Assembly (NCBI RefSeq): GCF_003428155.1
Contig: NZ_QLIR01000001.1
Location: forward strand, 150,001 to 182,000
Reading direction: 5' to 3'
DNA from: Fastidiosibacter lacustris
GTDB taxonomy: Bacteria > Pseudomonadota > Gammaproteobacteria > Francisellales > Francisellaceae
DNA length: 32,000 bases
Shown here: positions 1-7,876 of the stretch, piece after piece
Layout: each line of letters begins with the position of its first letter
How positions within the stretch are numbered: the first letter of the stretch is position 1
Position numbers and translations under genes: made by a program
Notes under the pieces: generated by a model
Seen by the model: only the letters and a program-made list of their open reading frames with translations
What the model was told of the DNA's origin: nothing
Database searches by the model: none

Positions 1-33
1 TGATGTTGAAGTAAATAGCAATCTGGATTAGCG

Positions 34-741
34 ATGGACGTGATGCAATACTTAACAGACATGCAACGGCGTTTAAATAATTTGGTTCGCGTGGGTACAG
101 TTATTGAGACAAATGACACACGCTTAAAGGTAAAGTTGGGCGATAATAGCACGGGGTGGCTGCCGTGGGTGACACAAAGAACAGGGGATTGCGTCACATG
201 GTGGAAGCCGTCCGTTGGTGAACAGGTGCTTGTTTTAAGTCCCTCTGGTGAGTTAAATAATGGTATTGTGCTACCTGCCATTTACACTAAAAATCAACCA
301 ACACTAAACCAAAATGAGCACACAACGGTTTACAAAGATGGCACTCGTATTAGCTATGATTATGCGCAAAAGAAGCTATCTGTAAATTGCGTTGGTGATA
401 TTGAAATCACAGCCGCTAAGATGCTCACTGCCGATATTACAGACTCGGTAACCATTAAAGGTGCTAAGACACTCAGCATTGATTTTGCGGGCAATATTGA
501 CATCAAAACACCCACGCAAGTCAAAATTGATGCGCCTAATATGATTTGCACGGGCAACTTGTTAGTACAAGGTGGTTTAACGTATATGCAAGGCATGACA
601 GGCTACAACCAAGGCGGTGGTAAAACGGCAACCATTCAAGGGGCGATTAATGTAACTGATGATGTGGTCGCTGGTGGCATCTCACTTAAAGGGCATATGC
701 ATACTGGGGATAGTGGCGGTAGTACGTCAGCACCAAAATAA
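34..741 (+). CDS. Phage baseplate assembly protein V (gpV-like, P2 type)
   Basis: 235-aa ORF; N-terminal OB-like region followed by a repetitive beta-rich spike region (IEITAAKMLTADITDSVTIKGAKTLSIDF...) typical of gpV; first in the P2 order V-W-J-I. Confidence 0.9.
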   Translation: MDVMQYLTDMQRRLNNLVRVGTVIETNDTRLKVKLGDNSTGWLPWVTQRTGDCVTWWKPSVGEQVLVLSPSGELNNGIVLPAIYTKNQPTLNQNEHTTVYKDGTRISYDYAQKKLSVNCVGDIEITAAKMLTADITDSVTIKGAKTLSIDFAGNIDIKTPTQVKIDAPNMICTGNLLVQGGLTYMQGMTGYNQGGGKTATIQGAINVTDDVVAGGISLKGHMHTGDSGGSTSAPK

Positions 742-766
742 AAAACAATTACTTATTAAAAACCAC

Positions 767-784
767 GCTGTTTATTAAAACAGC
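767..784. terminator. Perfect inverted repeat GCTGTTT-ATTA-AAACAGC; candidate terminator between gpV and the reverse cassette
   Basis: 7-bp stem, 4-nt loop, read directly. On the minus strand it is followed by GTGGTTTTT, weakly consistent with a terminator for the minus-strand cassette. Confidence 0.4.
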
Positions 785-829
785 GACTTATATTAAATTT
801 TAATAACAAACGAAAGTTTCAATCCAACA

Positions 830-850
830 CTATATTAACTGTTAATATAG
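830..850. repeat. Perfect inverted repeat CTATATTAA-CTG-TTAATATAG
   Basis: 9-bp arms with 3-nt spacer, read directly, in the gpV/reverse-cassette intergenic region. Confidence 0.8.
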
Positions 851-923
851 CGACCAAATCATTAAACATTATTTATTTTTTTTTGCAAGTTTTTTTTAGC
901 CTTTCGGTGCTATTGTAACTATT

Positions 924-1193
924 TTAGAACCGACGTAGATCATTCCATGCTGCCTCGATGATTCGCTTAACAGTTTCGTACATTAAATTACTATCTTTAC
1001 CCTGATAGCCAAACGAATTAACAAAGGTTGAAAAGGTAAGCTCATCTCCTGTCTTAGTTGACCATTTGCTAAAGGCATGCGCAATAGCAATTGCTTTGCT
1101 CTGAAATGCTTTCGCTGCATCATATTGTGCTAGTTTTTCACGCCGCGATTGAATTATTTCTATTTCATCTTGTGTCAATTCATTGATTTTCAT
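924..1193 (-). CDS. Small hypothetical protein (89 aa), second gene of reverse-oriented prophage cassette
   Basis: ORF starting 12 nt after the 107-aa ORF on the same strand; opposite to the surrounding tail genes; no family recognised. Confidence 0.7.
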   Translation of the reverse strand: MKINELTQDEIEIIQSRREKLAQYDAAKAFQSKAIAIAHAFSKWSTKTGDELTFSTFVNSFGYQGKDSNLMYETVKRIIEAAWNDLRRF

Positions 1194-1205
1194 ATTTTTC
1201 TACTC

Positions 1206-1529
1206 TTATCCCCAAATCATCTTGTGCTCCAATTTGTCAACATACTTAATAGACACGGCAAGTTTTAAAATTTCCCTAAGCGCATCTCTTTCTGTGAGGC
1301 ACCATTCATGTCTGTCTCGCACTGTAGGCATGACATTAATACCTGCATAATCCCCGCCAACAAACTCGGCTACCCATTGCTCTGGGTAATCGTATAGTTT
1401 GGCTGGGAATAATCCAAAAGCAGGGACATCATCTTGATTGTCTTTAAGTTTGACTAATCTAATCACTCCAAAAAAAGTTTCGATTTCTTTCGTTTCGATT
1501 ATTAGCTGCTCTTCAAATATTGTTCTCAT
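1206..1529 (-). CDS. Small hypothetical protein (107 aa), first gene of reverse-oriented prophage cassette
   Basis: ORF with AGGAG ribosome-binding site about 8 nt before ATG and a consensus-like promoter upstream; no family recognised. Confidence 0.75.
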   Translation of the reverse strand: MRTIFEEQLIIETKEIETFFGVIRLVKLKDNQDDVPAFGLFPAKLYDYPEQWVAEFVGGDYAGINVMPTVRDRHEWCLTERDALREILKLAVSIKYVDKLEHKMIWG

Positions 1530-1574
1530 TTTTTAACTCCTATTTTTATTGCCTGCTCACGTGAGGCTTTCCGC

Positions 1575-1593
1575 TACCAGGTCCGTCCTGGTA
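1575..1593. repeat. Perfect inverted repeat TACCAGG-TCCGT-CCTGGTA at the predicted 5' end of the minus-strand transcript
   Basis: 7-bp arms, 5-nt loop, read directly; lies just downstream of the minus-strand -10 box. Confidence 0.75.
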
Positions 1594-1601
1594 TGTTTGT
1601 T

Positions 1602-1630
1602 ATTATATGGCGTTACGCCATGTAAAGCAA
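1602..1630 (-). promoter_or_regulatory. Sigma70-like promoter with embedded palindromic operator
   Basis: On the minus strand: TTGCTT (1625-1630), 17-bp spacer (1608-1624), TATAAT (1602-1607). Perfect 7-1-7 palindrome ATGGCGT-T-ACGCCAT at 1607-1621 inside the spacer. Confidence 0.8.
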
Positions 1631-1687
1631 GTGGTTTTTAAAAAAATATTAAGTTTTTTTGGATAATGATGGTTAGTAGTCAATCAA

Positions 1688-1767
1688 ATAATCCCGCACA
1701 ATCTTAACTCATATTTAGCCCCATTCTTGATCTATACCATCGGGGGAGGGTCTAAAAATAATGAGAG
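1688..1767 (+). repeat. Copy A of 80-bp direct repeat (leader + SD + start codon of gpW)
   Basis: ATAATCCCGCACAATCTTAACTCATATTTAGCCCCATTCTTGATCTATACCATCGGGGGAGGGTCTAAAAATAATGAGAG; matches 7537-7616 at 78/80 positions. Confidence 0.95.
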
Positions 1768-2096
1768 GGGTAGACCGTTTTACAGGACGTGCCATTGATG
1801 ATATTGAGCACGTCCAGCAATCAATTAGAGATATTTTAACCACGCCAATTGGGACGCGTGTAATGCTGCGTAACTATGGCAGTCGTTTGTTTGATTTTAT
1901 TGACAAACCGATGAATAACCAAACGATTGTACAAGTGATATTAGCAGCAGCGCAAGCTATTGATACATGGGAGCCAAGGGTCAAACTTACGCGCGTTGTG
2001 CCAACGATTACCAATAGCGGTCGCTTAACTATCGACGTTGATTTTACTTATCAACCTAATGGCAAACCTGCTCAGTTGCGCGGGGTGGTGTTATGA
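1761..2096 (+). CDS. Phage baseplate assembly protein W (gpW/gp25-like)
   Basis: 111-aa ORF with GTRVMLRNYGSRLFDFIDKP typical of gpW/gp25; synteny. Confidence 0.93.
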   Translation: MRGVDRFTGRAIDDIEHVQQSIRDILTTPIGTRVMLRNYGSRLFDFIDKPMNNQTIVQVILAAAQAIDTWEPRVKLTRVVPTITNSGRLTIDVDFTYQPNGKPAQLRGVVL

Positions 2097-2941
2097 GTGC
2101 GTTTAATCTTGCCAAATTACCATTACCTGTATCTATCAGAACTGTAGATTATGAAGCGAACTTTACTGCATTGCTTGAGCAATTTAAAAAGCTAACGCCA
2201 GATTACGATGCATATTTAGAATCAGACCCAGTGATTAAGACTTTTGAGGCATGTGCTTACTTGTTAACACTTAAAGACCAAGAGCGCAACGATCAAATTA
2301 AGGCAGTCTTAATTGCCTTTGCCAAAGGTGCTGATTTAGATAATTTAGGTGCCTTACTTGCCGAAACTCGACAAGAAAATGAAGAAGATGAGCGCTTTAG
2401 AGTACGGATATTAACAGCGCTTGATAAGGTGAGCACGGCAGGCGTAGCACGCGCATATGAAGCGCTCAGTCTCGAGGCAGATAGACGCGTGTCGGATGTT
2501 AAAGCATATGATGATATAGCACAGCCAGCCAAAGCCTTTGTCACAATACAATCAAATGCGAGTGATAACGGCGAAGCGGATAGCAACCTGATTACTGTGG
2601 TTACAAACTATTTAAACCACGAAGATAGAAAGCCACTAGGGGCGCAAGTCATTGTGAACAGTGTACAGGTACTAAATTATACTATCGATGCGGTGGTCAA
2701 GTTTGAGCGCTCGGCAGATATTGAAACGGTTAAAAAACATATGCTCAATGCAATCAATGAGCTTGTCGCACAAAAGCACAGAATCGGGGCTACCGTTGCC
2801 CTATCTGAAATATATGCCAAACTCAATATTGAAGGAGTTGCTGTTGTTGAGCAATTAAACGAGCCTAAGGTAAATATTAAAGCAGGTAAACATCAAACGC
2901 CTTATTGTACTGCAATTAACATTATTGAGGCAAGCGCATGA
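2093..2941 (+). CDS. Baseplate assembly protein J (gpJ-like)
   Basis: 282 aa; overlaps gpW by 4 nt; gpJ-type sequence (LLEQFKKLTPDYDAYLESDPVIKTFEACAYLLTLKDQERNDQIKAVLIAFAKGADLDNLGALL). Confidence 0.93.
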   Translation: MSAFNLAKLPLPVSIRTVDYEANFTALLEQFKKLTPDYDAYLESDPVIKTFEACAYLLTLKDQERNDQIKAVLIAFAKGADLDNLGALLAETRQENEEDERFRVRILTALDKVSTAGVARAYEALSLEADRRVSDVKAYDDIAQPAKAFVTIQSNASDNGEADSNLITVVTNYLNHEDRKPLGAQVIVNSVQVLNYTIDAVVKFERSADIETVKKHMLNAINELVAQKHRIGATVALSEIYAKLNIEGVAVVEQLNEPKVNIKAGKHQTPYCTAINIIEASA

Positions 2942-3507
2942 GTTTATTGCCGCCCAATAGTACTGATTTAGAAAAAGCGATGATTGGCGCTTTTGAAGGG
3001 GTGTTAAATGGAAAAGATTGGCTAATTAATAAGCTTTGGAATGCGGACTTATGCCCGTATGAGTTTTTGCCTTATTTGGCAAGTGCCTTGAGTGTTGATT
3101 TTGCGATTTATAATAATTTAACCGAAGCAGAAAAGCGTGAATATATCAAAAAATCGATTGAAATACACCGCCAAAAGGGCACACTCGGGGCGCTTAAAAA
3201 AGCGCTTAATATTACCGACTATGATATTGCTGTAGAGGAATGGTACGAATACAACGGCACGCCGCACACGATTAAGGTCAATATTACTAAACAATCACCG
3301 GGGGCGTTTAACACAGATTTAATTAGTAACACAATAAACGCTAATAAAAATGTACAAACTGTGTGTGTATTATCAGTTAAAACTCATGCATACAACACTA
3401 TCAAAGCAGGCAATAAGACGAGAGCAATCTTGCGCCAAGGCATCCCAACTAATAAAGTTATCGCTTTTGTTGGATGTGGGGTAATGATGCGATTGAGATT
3501 TAAGTAA
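2938..3507 (+). CDS. Phage tail protein I (gpI-like)
   Basis: 189 aa; overlaps gpJ; LLPPNSTDLEKAMIGAFE...LWNADLCPYEFLPYLASALSVDFAIYN. Confidence 0.92.
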   Translation: MSLLPPNSTDLEKAMIGAFEGVLNGKDWLINKLWNADLCPYEFLPYLASALSVDFAIYNNLTEAEKREYIKKSIEIHRQKGTLGALKKALNITDYDIAVEEWYEYNGTPHTIKVNITKQSPGAFNTDLISNTINANKNVQTVCVLSVKTHAYNTIKAGNKTRAILRQGIPTNKVIAFVGCGVMMRLRFK

Positions 3508-3530
3508 AAGTATTAAAAAAAGGGGGTAAA

Positions 3531-4622
3531 ATGCCACAATTAATATTAACACAAAACGCACTGGCAAAACTTGCCAACGCACAACAAACAGGGGTACAGG
3601 TAAAACTGAGCCAGTTTGAATTAACCAACAGCGCAGATGCTACACTTGAGATAAAAGGCAACAATCTATATAAGGGAGGGATATCAAGTATTAGCAACGA
3701 GAATGCGACCACCTTGCGCGTTAAATGTTTAATGCCAGCAGGACTCGCAATCAATGATGTGGTACAAAAATGCTATTTGTACGATGAACAAGGTGACGTA
3801 TTTGCCTACGGACCGATTAACAGTTTTAAATACACACAAGATGCAAATATTGAGGCTGAAATTAATATTTACTTGACCTTTAGTGATAGCGACATGGCTA
3901 GTGTATCGCTTATCGTGCCATCAGATAGTTTTGTCGATTTTAAAACGTTTAATGAGCATCAACACGATGAGCGCTATGTTAATAAAGTGCAATATCATGG
4001 CGATATACAGACCTTTGCAAGGCGTTATGTGACAGAGATCGATTTAAGTGATCTGCCATTTGATATGATGTATCCAGTGCCTTTTTGTGGTGGTGGATAT
4101 CCTGCAAGAACAGAGGTGCAAATATTTCGTGAAGGGCACTGGAATAGTCAGAGCGATTTAGATGGCGACAAAGTGTCTGGAGATCCAAGTGTATCAGCTG
4201 TAAATATTTGTTTTACACTTTCAAGTTACCCATGGGGCGTGCCACAACTCATGCTGAAATTAGTAAACAATATTCAGGTTTATCGGAATGTAGTTTCAGA
4301 TATATCTTGGAAATTATTATTGAAAACTGAAAAGCTAGATGAAAACGGCAATGATACAGCACACAATACACCCACCAGATATATTAATGGGGATGGATTC
4401 AATAAAAACTATAATTCATCGGGTTTTTATCTTAGAGGTGGGTTAATGTATCACATTATATGCAACCAGAGCATCGAGTTTAATGTACACACTAAACCTT
4501 ACATTGTTCGTGAATCTTCGAATGCCACTTCCAATGTGAGATGGACTGCTTTACCTATCCCTGTGGCAGAAGCAAATTTTGGTAATACTAATTATGATGG
4601 ACGTGAGGGAGTATATTTATGA
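3531..4622 (+). CDS. Phage tail fibre protein (gpH-like)
   Basis: 363 aa; N-terminal baseplate-attachment region and a variable C-terminus; position after gpI. Confidence 0.85.
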   Translation: MPQLILTQNALAKLANAQQTGVQVKLSQFELTNSADATLEIKGNNLYKGGISSISNENATTLRVKCLMPAGLAINDVVQKCYLYDEQGDVFAYGPINSFKYTQDANIEAEINIYLTFSDSDMASVSLIVPSDSFVDFKTFNEHQHDERYVNKVQYHGDIQTFARRYVTEIDLSDLPFDMMYPVPFCGGGYPARTEVQIFREGHWNSQSDLDGDKVSGDPSVSAVNICFTLSSYPWGVPQLMLKLVNNIQVYRNVVSDISWKLLLKTEKLDENGNDTAHNTPTRYINGDGFNKNYNSSGFYLRGGLMYHIICNQSIEFNVHTKPYIVRESSNATSNVRWTALPIPVAEANFGNTNYDGREGVYL

Positions 4623-5134
4623 TTAAAGAAGTAAAACTGCCGAATGGGCGAATATTAATAAATGTGCCCGCGAATGAATTATATAGTTTGGGACTTGATG
4701 AAGCGCATATACAGCAGTTATTGCTTGTTGATGCGCAAGATGCAGCAAAAATAAGGGTGCTGAATTTTACAAAGCGAATACGTCAATACTTATATGGTCA
4801 CTCGGAAGCTGAGCGCATGGTGGGCTGGGTAGAAAAAGAAAAACGGGCAAGGCGGGTATTGGCGGGTGCAGCTACGGATGTAGATAAACAGCAACTAACG
4901 ATTGAAGCAACCAAGCGCGGGTTTGGTGAGACGATTGAACAATTAGCGCAAAGACAAATTGAACTGGCGGATATTTTAGCATTGCAAAATGCTGAATTAG
5001 ATGGTTTAGAGATTAAAGCAGTTGATGGGGTCCAACACGCGACAAGTATTGCTCAAGTGGACGGGCTGTTTGAGCAGTTTAAGCAAGATGCGGAGAGGAG
5101 CCTTAAAAATATTAAGATGTATAGGGGTGCTTGA
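4619..5134 (+). CDS. Putative tail fibre assembly/chaperone-like protein
   Basis: 171 aa; overlaps the fibre stop codon; position of P2 gpG; family not firmly recognised. Confidence 0.5.
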   Translation: MIKEVKLPNGRILINVPANELYSLGLDEAHIQQLLLVDAQDAAKIRVLNFTKRIRQYLYGHSEAERMVGWVEKEKRARRVLAGAATDVDKQQLTIEATKRGFGETIEQLAQRQIELADILALQNAELDGLEIKAVDGVQHATSIAQVDGLFEQFKQDAERSLKNIKMYRGA

Positions 5135-5198
5135 TAAAACTAGTATTAATTCGCACAAACTTTATACATTTAAGACTTTACACCGTTAATCAGACTAA

Positions 5199-5207
5199 GG
5201 GGGGGGG
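5199..5207 (+). repeat. G9 homopolymer upstream of/within the 5' part of the inner-spanin-like gene
   Basis: ...GACTAAGGGGGGGGGTATCCGTGTG..., read directly. Confidence 0.95.
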
Positions 5208-5214
5208 TATCCGT

Positions 5215-5538
5215 GTGAATGTGATTAGGGCAATATTAAGTATATTACCAAGCATGATTATTTTACTGTTTGTTTTAGGAGGAGCTTATTATTTAGACAG
5301 TAAGCTTAACAAAATGAATGATATGTGGCTATCAGCCAATCAAGTAACAGTCAAAAACCAAAACGAGCAAATTAAAATCAATAAGGCTTTTGGTAAGCAG
5401 ATGGATACATTTACCAATTACATCCATGCATTACCACAAGATGAGCGCAGTCAATGGCTGGAGACTTACAGTTTGAATGTCCAGGAGATGTTGTACACGC
5501 CACCGAAGGGGCTCAAAACCCAAGAAGATGTTAAATGA
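5215..5538 (+). CDS. Putative inner-membrane spanin (Rz-like)
   Basis: N-terminal TM segment (ILSILPSMIILLFVLGGAYYL) followed by a hydrophilic helical region; 4-nt overlap with a lipoprotein ORF. Start assigned to GTG 5215; the ORF track extends to TTG 5131. Confidence 0.6.
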   Translation: MNVIRAILSILPSMIILLFVLGGAYYLDSKLNKMNDMWLSANQVTVKNQNEQIKINKAFGKQMDTFTNYIHALPQDERSQWLETYSLNVQEMLYTPPKGLKTQEDVK

Positions 5539-5774
5539 AAATTGTTTTATCGTTAACGTTTTTATTGTTAGGCGGTTGCAGCTTATTGCCGCGCGCGCAA
5601 GTCTCTGGGCATATCCCGCCTGAGCTAATGGAGCAAAGGTTAGTACACGGCTGTGCCACAATACAAAATGAACTCAAGCTTGCAAGCTGTTATTTAAAAA
5701 CGCGAGAAGCATTGTATTTGGCGAATCAAGATAAGCAGGACCTGGCAGAGCTAGAGCGTATTTGGAGCAAATGA
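5535..5774 (+). CDS. Putative outer-membrane lipoprotein spanin (Rz1-like)
   Basis: 79 aa with lipobox LLLGGC after a short signal peptide; overlaps the preceding TM protein gene. Confidence 0.65.
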   Translation: MKIVLSLTFLLLGGCSLLPRAQVSGHIPPELMEQRLVHGCATIQNELKLASCYLKTREALYLANQDKQDLAELERIWSK

Positions 5775-5809
5775 TTGATGAATATTAATGAGAAAGAGGG
5801 GAAAGTATA

Positions 5810-6958
5810 ATGAGTGCATTTTACCATGGGGTGGAAGTTGTTGAAATTGATGGCGGTGCGCGTCCAATTCGCACGGTTAAATCCAGTGTGATTGGATTAA
5901 TTGGGACCGCTCCAGATGCCGATAATGCGGTATTTCCACTCAATGCGCCTGTGCTAATTGCGGGCAACAGAACCGAAGCGGCAAAGTTGGGCAGTAATGG
6001 GACATTGCCAGATGCAATCGATGGCATCTTTGACCAAGTTGGGGCAATGGTGGTAGTAGTACGCGTTGACCATGCCGATGATAACGCACAAATGTTAGCC
6101 AATGTGCAAGGAGGTATTGACAGTGATACAGGGCAGCGCACGGGTGTGCAGGCATTTTTGGATGCGGGGTCCACATTGGGTTTAATCCCCCGCATTTTAA
6201 TTGCGCCAAATTTTAGCAATGAGGCGGGGATTGTACAGGAGTTAATGAGCATTGCCGAGCGCTTAAAAGCGGTGATTATTGCCGAGGCACCGAGCACCAC
6301 CGATACGGCTGCTATTGCTTATCGGAAAAACTTTGGTTCGGCACGTGTGTATGTAATTGACCCGCGCGTAATGGTTTTAGCCAGTGGCGTGGAGGTTGCC
6401 AAGCCAAGCTCGCCACGTATTGCAGGTTTAATGGCGCGTATTGATAAAGCGTATGGTTGGCATTACTCCCCATCAAATCATGAGATTTATGGCGTAACGG
6501 CGACAGAGCGCGCTATTGACTTTGAATTAAATGGCGAATGTCGTGCGAATTACTTAAACGAAAATAAGATAGCAACCATTATTAATCAAAATGGTTTTAG
6601 GTTATGGGGCAACTTAACGTGCTCAAATGATCCTAAGTGGCAGTTTTTAAGTGTGAGACGCACCGCTGATATGTTGAACGAGTCGCTGCTATATGCACAT
6701 AACTGGGCAGTTGATAGGGGTATTAGCAAGACCTTTGTCGATGATATTGTGATGAGCGTCAATGGTTATCTTAGATCACTCGTTGCTCAAGGACGCATCT
6801 TGGGTGGTAAATGCTGGGCGGACCCAGAGTTAAACAGTGAGAATGAGATTGCTAATGGGCATGTGACATTTAGTTTTGATTTTACGCCTGTTTATCCCGC
6901 CCAACATATTACATTTAATAGCCATTTAGTAAATGATTATATTTCGGAAATCTTTTAA
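5810..6958 (+). CDS. Phage tail sheath protein (gpFI-like)
   Basis: 382 aa; YHGVEVVEIDGGARPIRTVKSSVIGLIGTAPDAD...WHYSPSNHEIYGVTATERAIDFELN typical of P2 sheath. Confidence 0.97.
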   Translation: MSAFYHGVEVVEIDGGARPIRTVKSSVIGLIGTAPDADNAVFPLNAPVLIAGNRTEAAKLGSNGTLPDAIDGIFDQVGAMVVVVRVDHADDNAQMLANVQGGIDSDTGQRTGVQAFLDAGSTLGLIPRILIAPNFSNEAGIVQELMSIAERLKAVIIAEAPSTTDTAAIAYRKNFGSARVYVIDPRVMVLASGVEVAKPSSPRIAGLMARIDKAYGWHYSPSNHEIYGVTATERAIDFELNGECRANYLNENKIATIINQNGFRLWGNLTCSNDPKWQFLSVRRTADMLNESLLYAHNWAVDRGISKTFVDDIVMSVNGYLRSLVAQGRILGGKCWADPELNSENEIANGHVTFSFDFTPVYPAQHITFNSHLVNDYISEIF

Positions 6959-6987
6959 TTAAAAAAGAGTAATAGGGAGCAAAAAGC

Positions 6988-7485
6988 ATGTTTAACAATA
7001 TTTTAATTAACTTTGGTGTGTATCTGGACGGCATTGCTTATCTTGGCACCGCTAGCGAAGTACAGCTGCCAAAAGTTACGGTCAAAACGGAAGAATGGAC
7101 AGCTGCTGGCATGTCAGGCACGGTTGATGTGGATACGGGCAAGGTTGAAAAGATGGAGTCGGTAATTAAGTTTAAGGGCTTACAAACAGACCCAATCAAA
7201 CTGATTGGTAACAAAGAAGCGCCATTAATTATCCGTGGCAGTTTGCGTAATAAAGACGGCACAGAAAAGAAACTTACAATTGAAATGAGAGGGCTTGTTA
7301 AAGACTATGACAATGGCACCATTAATGCTGAGTCATTGGGTGAGACGAGTGTCACCCTGTCAGTCAGTTATTATCGCTTTAATGCCGATGGTGAGGACTT
7401 GATTGAAATCGACCCGATTAACAATGTCCGCAATATCAATGGTAGTAATCAATTAGAGGGCGTATTAGCCAATATTTCAAACTAA
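6988..7485 (+). CDS. Phage major tail tube protein (gpFII-like)
   Basis: 165 aa; N-terminal NNILINFGVYLDGIAYLGTASEVQLPKVTVKTEEW; synteny after sheath. Confidence 0.95.
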   Translation: MFNNILINFGVYLDGIAYLGTASEVQLPKVTVKTEEWTAAGMSGTVDVDTGKVEKMESVIKFKGLQTDPIKLIGNKEAPLIIRGSLRNKDGTEKKLTIEMRGLVKDYDNGTINAESLGETSVTLSVSYYRFNADGEDLIEIDPINNVRNINGSNQLEGVLANISN

Positions 7486-7536
7486 TAAAAATTGCTTTGT
7501 AATCAGTAAATGAGTACATGTCAAGTGTATCTCACC

Positions 7537-7616
7537 ATAATCCCGCACAATCTTAACTCATATTTAGCCCCATTCTTGATCTATACCATCAGGGGAGGGT
7601 GTAAAAATAATGAGAG
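7537..7616 (+). repeat. Copy B of 80-bp direct repeat (leader + SD + start codon of gpE)
   Basis: ATAATCCCGCACAATCTTAACTCATATTTAGCCCCATTCTTGATCTATACCATCAGGGGAGGGTGTAAAAATAATGAGAG; 2 mismatches to 1688-1767. Confidence 0.95.
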
Positions 7617-7876
7617 TAACCTTACGCAATCAGGTCAAATTAACCAGTGGTGAGCATACCAATGTCATCAATTTTCGAGAGCCCACGCGAGGTGATTTAA
7701 AAGCCGTTGCTAATATTGAGAATGATATTGCCAAAGAAGATATGCTGATCAGTCGTTTAACTGGCATATCACTAGCGTCACTTGATGATGTGGTAATGGC
7801 AGACAGTGCTAAGCTGCAACAGGCATTAAGTGAGATCACGGATGCTAATTACGACCCAAAGCATATAATGAATTAA
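7610..7876 (+). CDS. Phage tail assembly chaperone gpE-like (0-frame product)
   Basis: 88 aa; VTLRNQVKLTSGEHTNVINFREPTRGDLKAVANIE; located between tail tube and tape measure. Confidence 0.9.
   Translation: MRVTLRNQVKLTSGEHTNVINFREPTRGDLKAVANIENDIAKEDMLISRLTGISLASLDDVVMADSAKLQQALSEITDANYDPKHIMN

Noticed and set aside
1575-1593. Guanidine-II (mini-ykkC) riboswitch, because the hairpin loop reads ACGGA on the minus strand
   Set aside because: Only one hairpin with an ACGG-type loop; the second ACGR hairpin is absent, the loop size is wrong, and the downstream gene is not a recognisable transporter.
3979-4188. Antisense ORF in the tail fibre gene as a possible invertible fibre segment
   Set aside because: No inverted repeats or invertase gene seen flanking the fibre C-terminus; the ORF is short and unrecognisable.
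5431-5661. Minus-strand 76-aa ORF overlapping both spanin-like genes
   Set aside because: Antisense to a well-supported overlapping TM/lipoprotein pair; no recognisable product.
5821-6300. 159-aa minus-strand ORF (and 5940-6209) inside the tail sheath gene
   Set aside because: Complete overlap with a confidently assigned structural gene; no RBS, no recognisable protein; shadow ORF.
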